A stretch of 64,000 bases of DNA from Balanoglossus misakiensis (lineage: Eukaryota; Animalia; Hemichordata), in the NCBI GenBank assembly GCA_040954595.2, contig CM082576.2, positions 13,643,129-13,707,128 on the forward strand. The letters are read 5' to 3'. Positions 59,743-64,000 of this stretch are shown here, in pieces. How positions within the stretch are numbered: position 1 is the first letter of the stretch; each line of letters opens with the position of its first letter. The notes under the pieces are model-generated. The model did no database searches. It saw only the letters and a program-made list of their open reading frames with translations, and was not told the DNA's origin. A program made the translations under genes and the position numbers.

Positions 59743-62700
59743 CAAGCCATCCATGCAGGAGATAAGAGGAAGTTTTTTTTCTAACTTTAAGTTACAAGCA
59801 AATTCAACAATCAAAGACTTAGAAGTGGAAGCTTGTAAAAACCTTCGGCTGTTACACAGGTACCATACCATAGACTATACACACGTCACCACTGGTTGGC
59901 TAGGAGAAACATGTCTCATCGGTAAAAAAAATATTCATTACTTTAGCTAAGAATGCGCTTTTCGTCATTTGTCGGTCGACTCTGTAGCACTGCAAACAAT
60001 CTGTGTAAACACTTTCAAGTTGATATCTTGGGCAAAATATCCTGGGAATGGAACTAGGATTTATTAAAATTGTGAAGAAATTACGACTATTAATTTTGAT
60101 GCAACTTTTTTATTTTTTTTCCAGAAACCACTTATCCCCGTGCTATAAAAATGGTATAAGCTTGTACATGGCGATTGTATTGCCACGGACGAATTTTCCT
60201 CCTTCTTCGACAAGTTGACCCCTTTAACACTGTACTGTACTTTTGTCCAAAAGAGTGGTCTCAACAACAAATTCATTCTGTGTTTGGAACTTGTTTCCAT
60301 CGTACGTATACGTCTCAACACAGGACTGTGGTCTCAAAAATTCTTTAATTCATCCGCGAAGCGCCTTTGTAGCCTCAGTCACGCCCAACTCGGAGATCGC
60401 GTTCATGACTACCGGAATAATCTAGTAAAAGATGGCGGATTCTTCTCGGCGAACAAATCGCTCACTCTCACGGTCCCCGGCGCCTGTCTGTAATTCCTTG
60501 GGAATATACTCATAAGAAAGTCTCGTCTCCAAACTTTCCACCTGTTTTTCCAGCTTCTTTGCCTTCTCTTTTACTTTGGCGGCGTCTTCTCTAACATTCT
60601 CGAGAACGTCTTCCTGTTCCAGGACGAGGCTGGACAGTTCCGCCTTGCTTTTTCCGCGAAGCACCTTTGCTACCTCCGCCACACTTTTCATATGAAGAGT
60701 TAGACGCTGTCTTTGGTCGTTTTAGCTCTTCTGTTCTCTGTCTTGGCTGTTCTGTTATCCCCTTCCGATCAGAACAGCCAAGAACCAGCAAAGTCAAAGA
60801 CGGCGGCCAACGTTCACTTACCCAGAGGTCTTGAACACCTTTTTGAACGTTAACTCCAAAATCGGATACATAACACACCAAAAGGTGGCTATCATTTTTG
60901 CTTTTTCGTTGAGAAGAAAATATAAAACACGGGCACAAGAAATCAGAGTTTCTCCGAAACTTGGACGAATGTCACAAGAGATGAACGTGTTGTGAGAGAA
61001 TGCGTCTGTGACGTAATAAACGAAATTATGATACAGCGCCCTCGTACGCCAGCATTATTTGAACTCTCGTACACACCTGGTCGTTGTCCTGGCGATCTGT
61101 TCCACTAACCACTGACAATTCAAACCATCCAAGCAGGAGATATAGTTGTTTTTTTCTAACTTTAAGTTCCAGCATATTCAACAATCAAAGACTTTGAAGT
61201 GGAAGCTTGTACATGTAAAAACCTTTCACTGTAACACAGGTACCATAACCGCTTGTCTATTCACACGTCACAACACTGCCGATCGGCTAAGGAGAACATG
61301 TCTCATTGGTACAAAAAAAGACCCGTTCATTACTTTAGCTAAGAATGCGCTCTTCGTCAGTTGTTGGTCGACTCTAGAGCACTGCAAACAATCTGTGTAA
61401 ACACTTTCTGGTTTTATGAATATTTTCCGGACCATGAAATAGCTTTCAAATTGATATTTTGTGCCAAACATCCCGGGTATGGATCTAGGATTTATTAAAA
61501 TTGTAAGGAAATTACCAATATTTATTTTGATGCATCTTTCTTTTATTTATTTCCAGAAACCACTTATCTCCGTGCTTACAAAGTTGGTATAAGCTTGTGC
61601 ATTGCGATGTTACCGATTACCACGGGCGAATTTTCCTCCTTCTTATACATGTTGATCTGTACTGTACTATTGTCCAAAAGGGTGGTCTCAACGACAAATT
61701 CATAAAATCCAACAAAAATTCAGACCAGCATCATTCTGTGTTTGGAACTTGTTTCCATCGTGTACATATACGTCTTAATTTATCCGCGAAGCGCCTTAGT
61801 AACCTCAGCCACGCCCAACTCGGAGATCGCGTTCCTGACAACCGGAATAATCTAGTAAAAGATCGCGGATTCTTCTCGACGAACAAATCGTTCACTCTCG
61901 GGGTCCCCGGCGCCTGTCTGTAATTCCTTGGGAATATACTCATAAGAGAGTCTCGTCTCCAAACTTTCCACCTGTTTTTCCAGCTTCTTTGCCTTCTCTT
62001 TTACTTTGGCGGCGCCTTCTCTTACATTCTCGAGAACGTCTTCCTGTTCCAGGGCGAGGCTGGACAGTTCTGCCTTGCTTTTTCTGCGAAGCGCCATTGC
62101 TACCTCCGCCACGCTTTTCGTCTTTCTCATCTCTGCGATCTCATCGTGGATGCTTTGAGTTGATTCCACAGACCCCTGGGTGTTTCTGGTGGTTAAAAAG
62201 AGCGGGAAATGAAACCACTACACGGATTGAAGTTCGTGGTGACTACTGATCTAGCGACACTGCACAGTGTTCTTGGCATTGTAGGTAGATAGGAATGTAC
62301 AACCTTATTACAATCAGATGTAGAGTTAGGCGCTGTCTTTAGCTTTGGTGGTCGTTTTGGCTGTTCTGTTCTCTGTCTGTTCTGTTCTGTTCTGTTCTGT
62401 TCTGTTCTGTTCTGTTCTGTTCTCCCCTTCCCAACAACAGCCAAGAACCAGCAAAGTTAAAGACGGTGCCCAACGCCACATCAAATTGAGGAATGTCCAA
62501 CTTCTGTTCACTTACCCAGAGGTCTTGAACACCTTTTTAAGCGTTAACTCCAAAACCGGATACATAACAAACCAAAAGGTGGCTATCATTTTTGCTATTT
62601 CGTTGAGAGGGAAATATATAAAACACGGGCACAAGAAATCAGAGTTTCTCCGAAACTTGGACGAATGTCACAAGAGATGAACGTGTTGTGAGAGAATGCG

Positions 62701-62790
62701 TCTGTGACGTAATAAACGAATTCATGATACAGCGCCCTCGTACGCCAACATTATTCGAAATCTCGTACACACCTGGTCGTTATGCCGGCG
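59743..62790. repeat. Diverged two-copy tandem duplication (~59743-61095 and ~61121-62790)
   Basis: The copies are collinear from CAA.CCATCCA.GCAGGAGATA to ACACACCTGGTCGTT. Copy 2 has an extra ~210 bp (62110-62325) and an expanded (GTTCT)n at ~62362-62422. Confidence 0.93.
61852..62169 (-). pseudogene. Coiled-coil ORF remnant of unknown family inside the duplicated unit (second copy 60422-60691)
   Basis: KSVAEVAMALRRKSKAELSSLALEQEDVLENVREGAAKVKEKAKKLEKQVESLETRL has coding-like composition and heptad periodicity. No family was recognised. Confidence 0.4.
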
Positions 62791-64000
62791 AACAATGGTA
62801 TGTTCCGGCGCTAGCCTCTCCATATGCGTACTCGCAAAAAATATGCGAGAACAGTGATCTCTGCACGTGATCTGTGCCGTACGAAAGTTGACCAAAATCT
62901 CGAAAGGCAGGGTCACATTTTAGAAACGTGACTGACCGAACCGAAAATCGTCAACCCATGCCATAATTATTGATGTTCCCTTTAGTAAGTTTTCAGTGTC
63001 GATAGAGGTACGTCACCTGATCATATAAAAATCCTTTATAATTTCATGAATGACTGACTTATCTAAAAAATTTACAAGATTTTTAGGAACTTACGTCATC
63101 GCGTAAGAACAACTTGGACATGTGATTATTTTATCAGTTAAAAACTCTGAAATTTATTTTTTTATTGATAATATAGTATCTCATGTTGTTAATAAGACAT
63201 TTATAATATAATAGTGTAACATTTTGTTAAACAGAAAATCTGATATGCATTGCATGACATCATTTTAAAAACTCTCCTAAAATCTACTACATATAAAATA
63301 CAAATAAAACTTCTGCTGACACGCAACTGTTTGCATGCTCAAAGCAGAAAATTAAACTAAACAATTCCCATCATACAGGAAGGGATTAATGGATACTTAA
63401 AACGATAAAAAACGTATATTTCCTTCGATTAGAATGTACAGTCTTGCGCTTTCAGCTCAGACGTGTCTTACTCTGAAGGAAACAAATTTCATTCGGCTAC
63501 ACCGTCAGTTAGACTACAGTACTGGAGATGATGAATTCCAAACCAGGGCTAACAACAACCATTTTCATAGCTATTTTTTCTAACCTAACTTGACTTTGCC
63601 AACTGTATTATCAGTGGCATGTCCTGTACACTCCGAGTCAAGCAATTGAATAATTATAACGGCATATACGCATCAACAAAGAAAATGCAAATGTACGAAG
63701 ACATTGCTGGATTCCAGCAAGCGTCTCGAAAAATTCAAGGTGAACAACATCTGTGTATTCATCTGTCGAATACAGAAGTGTCCCCAGCTGGCATGTTTTA
63801 ACACATTCAAACAACTATGATGTGGCCATGGCAACGATGAGAATAATCAACAGGATTGTCCCAACAATGGTAGCGGACACCGACAGAAAGAGGGAGTATT
63901 TGGTGTAGCGGTCAGCTTTCTCCTTGAAGCCATGCTTGCTTCGATAGTTCAGCGCCTGGAATAAAGGAGTGAAACATGAATTTGAGACGTGTCTGCGTAT

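Overview
AT-rich, intron-containing animal DNA. Gene content and repeat style suggest a marine invertebrate deuterostome (hemichordate- or echinoderm-like), which is an inference. Five spliced genes were rebuilt by eye from GT-AG exons with consistent phases. (1) The 3' part of a BCL11A/B orthologue with a ~3 kb 3'UTR. (2) TMEM160, including a 25-nt microexon. (3) A minus-strand signal-V-C2-TM Ig gene, mostly absent from the ORF track and frameshifted in its last exon. (4) Head-to-head with it, a ~1,200 aa receptor with 7 Ig, FN3, TM and a catalytically dead tyrosine-kinase domain ending in an ITSM-like tail. (5) A PPxY-containing CD225/dispanin gene. The rest is LINE fragments, MITEs (Tc1/mariner-, Harbinger- and Kolobok-like), a Harbinger Myb/SANT remnant, microsatellites and a ~1.4-1.7 kb tandem duplication. 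Best leads: the divergent Ig co-receptor/pseudokinase pair with complementary intramembrane Asp/Lys; direct evidence that the abundant TACATGTA motif is an insertion footprint at TA sites; a dense miR-183/182 site cluster in the BCL11 3'UTR; and a Penelope-type minimal hammerhead ribozyme in the receptor's last intron. Coordinates were read manually and may be off by a few bases at repeat edges.
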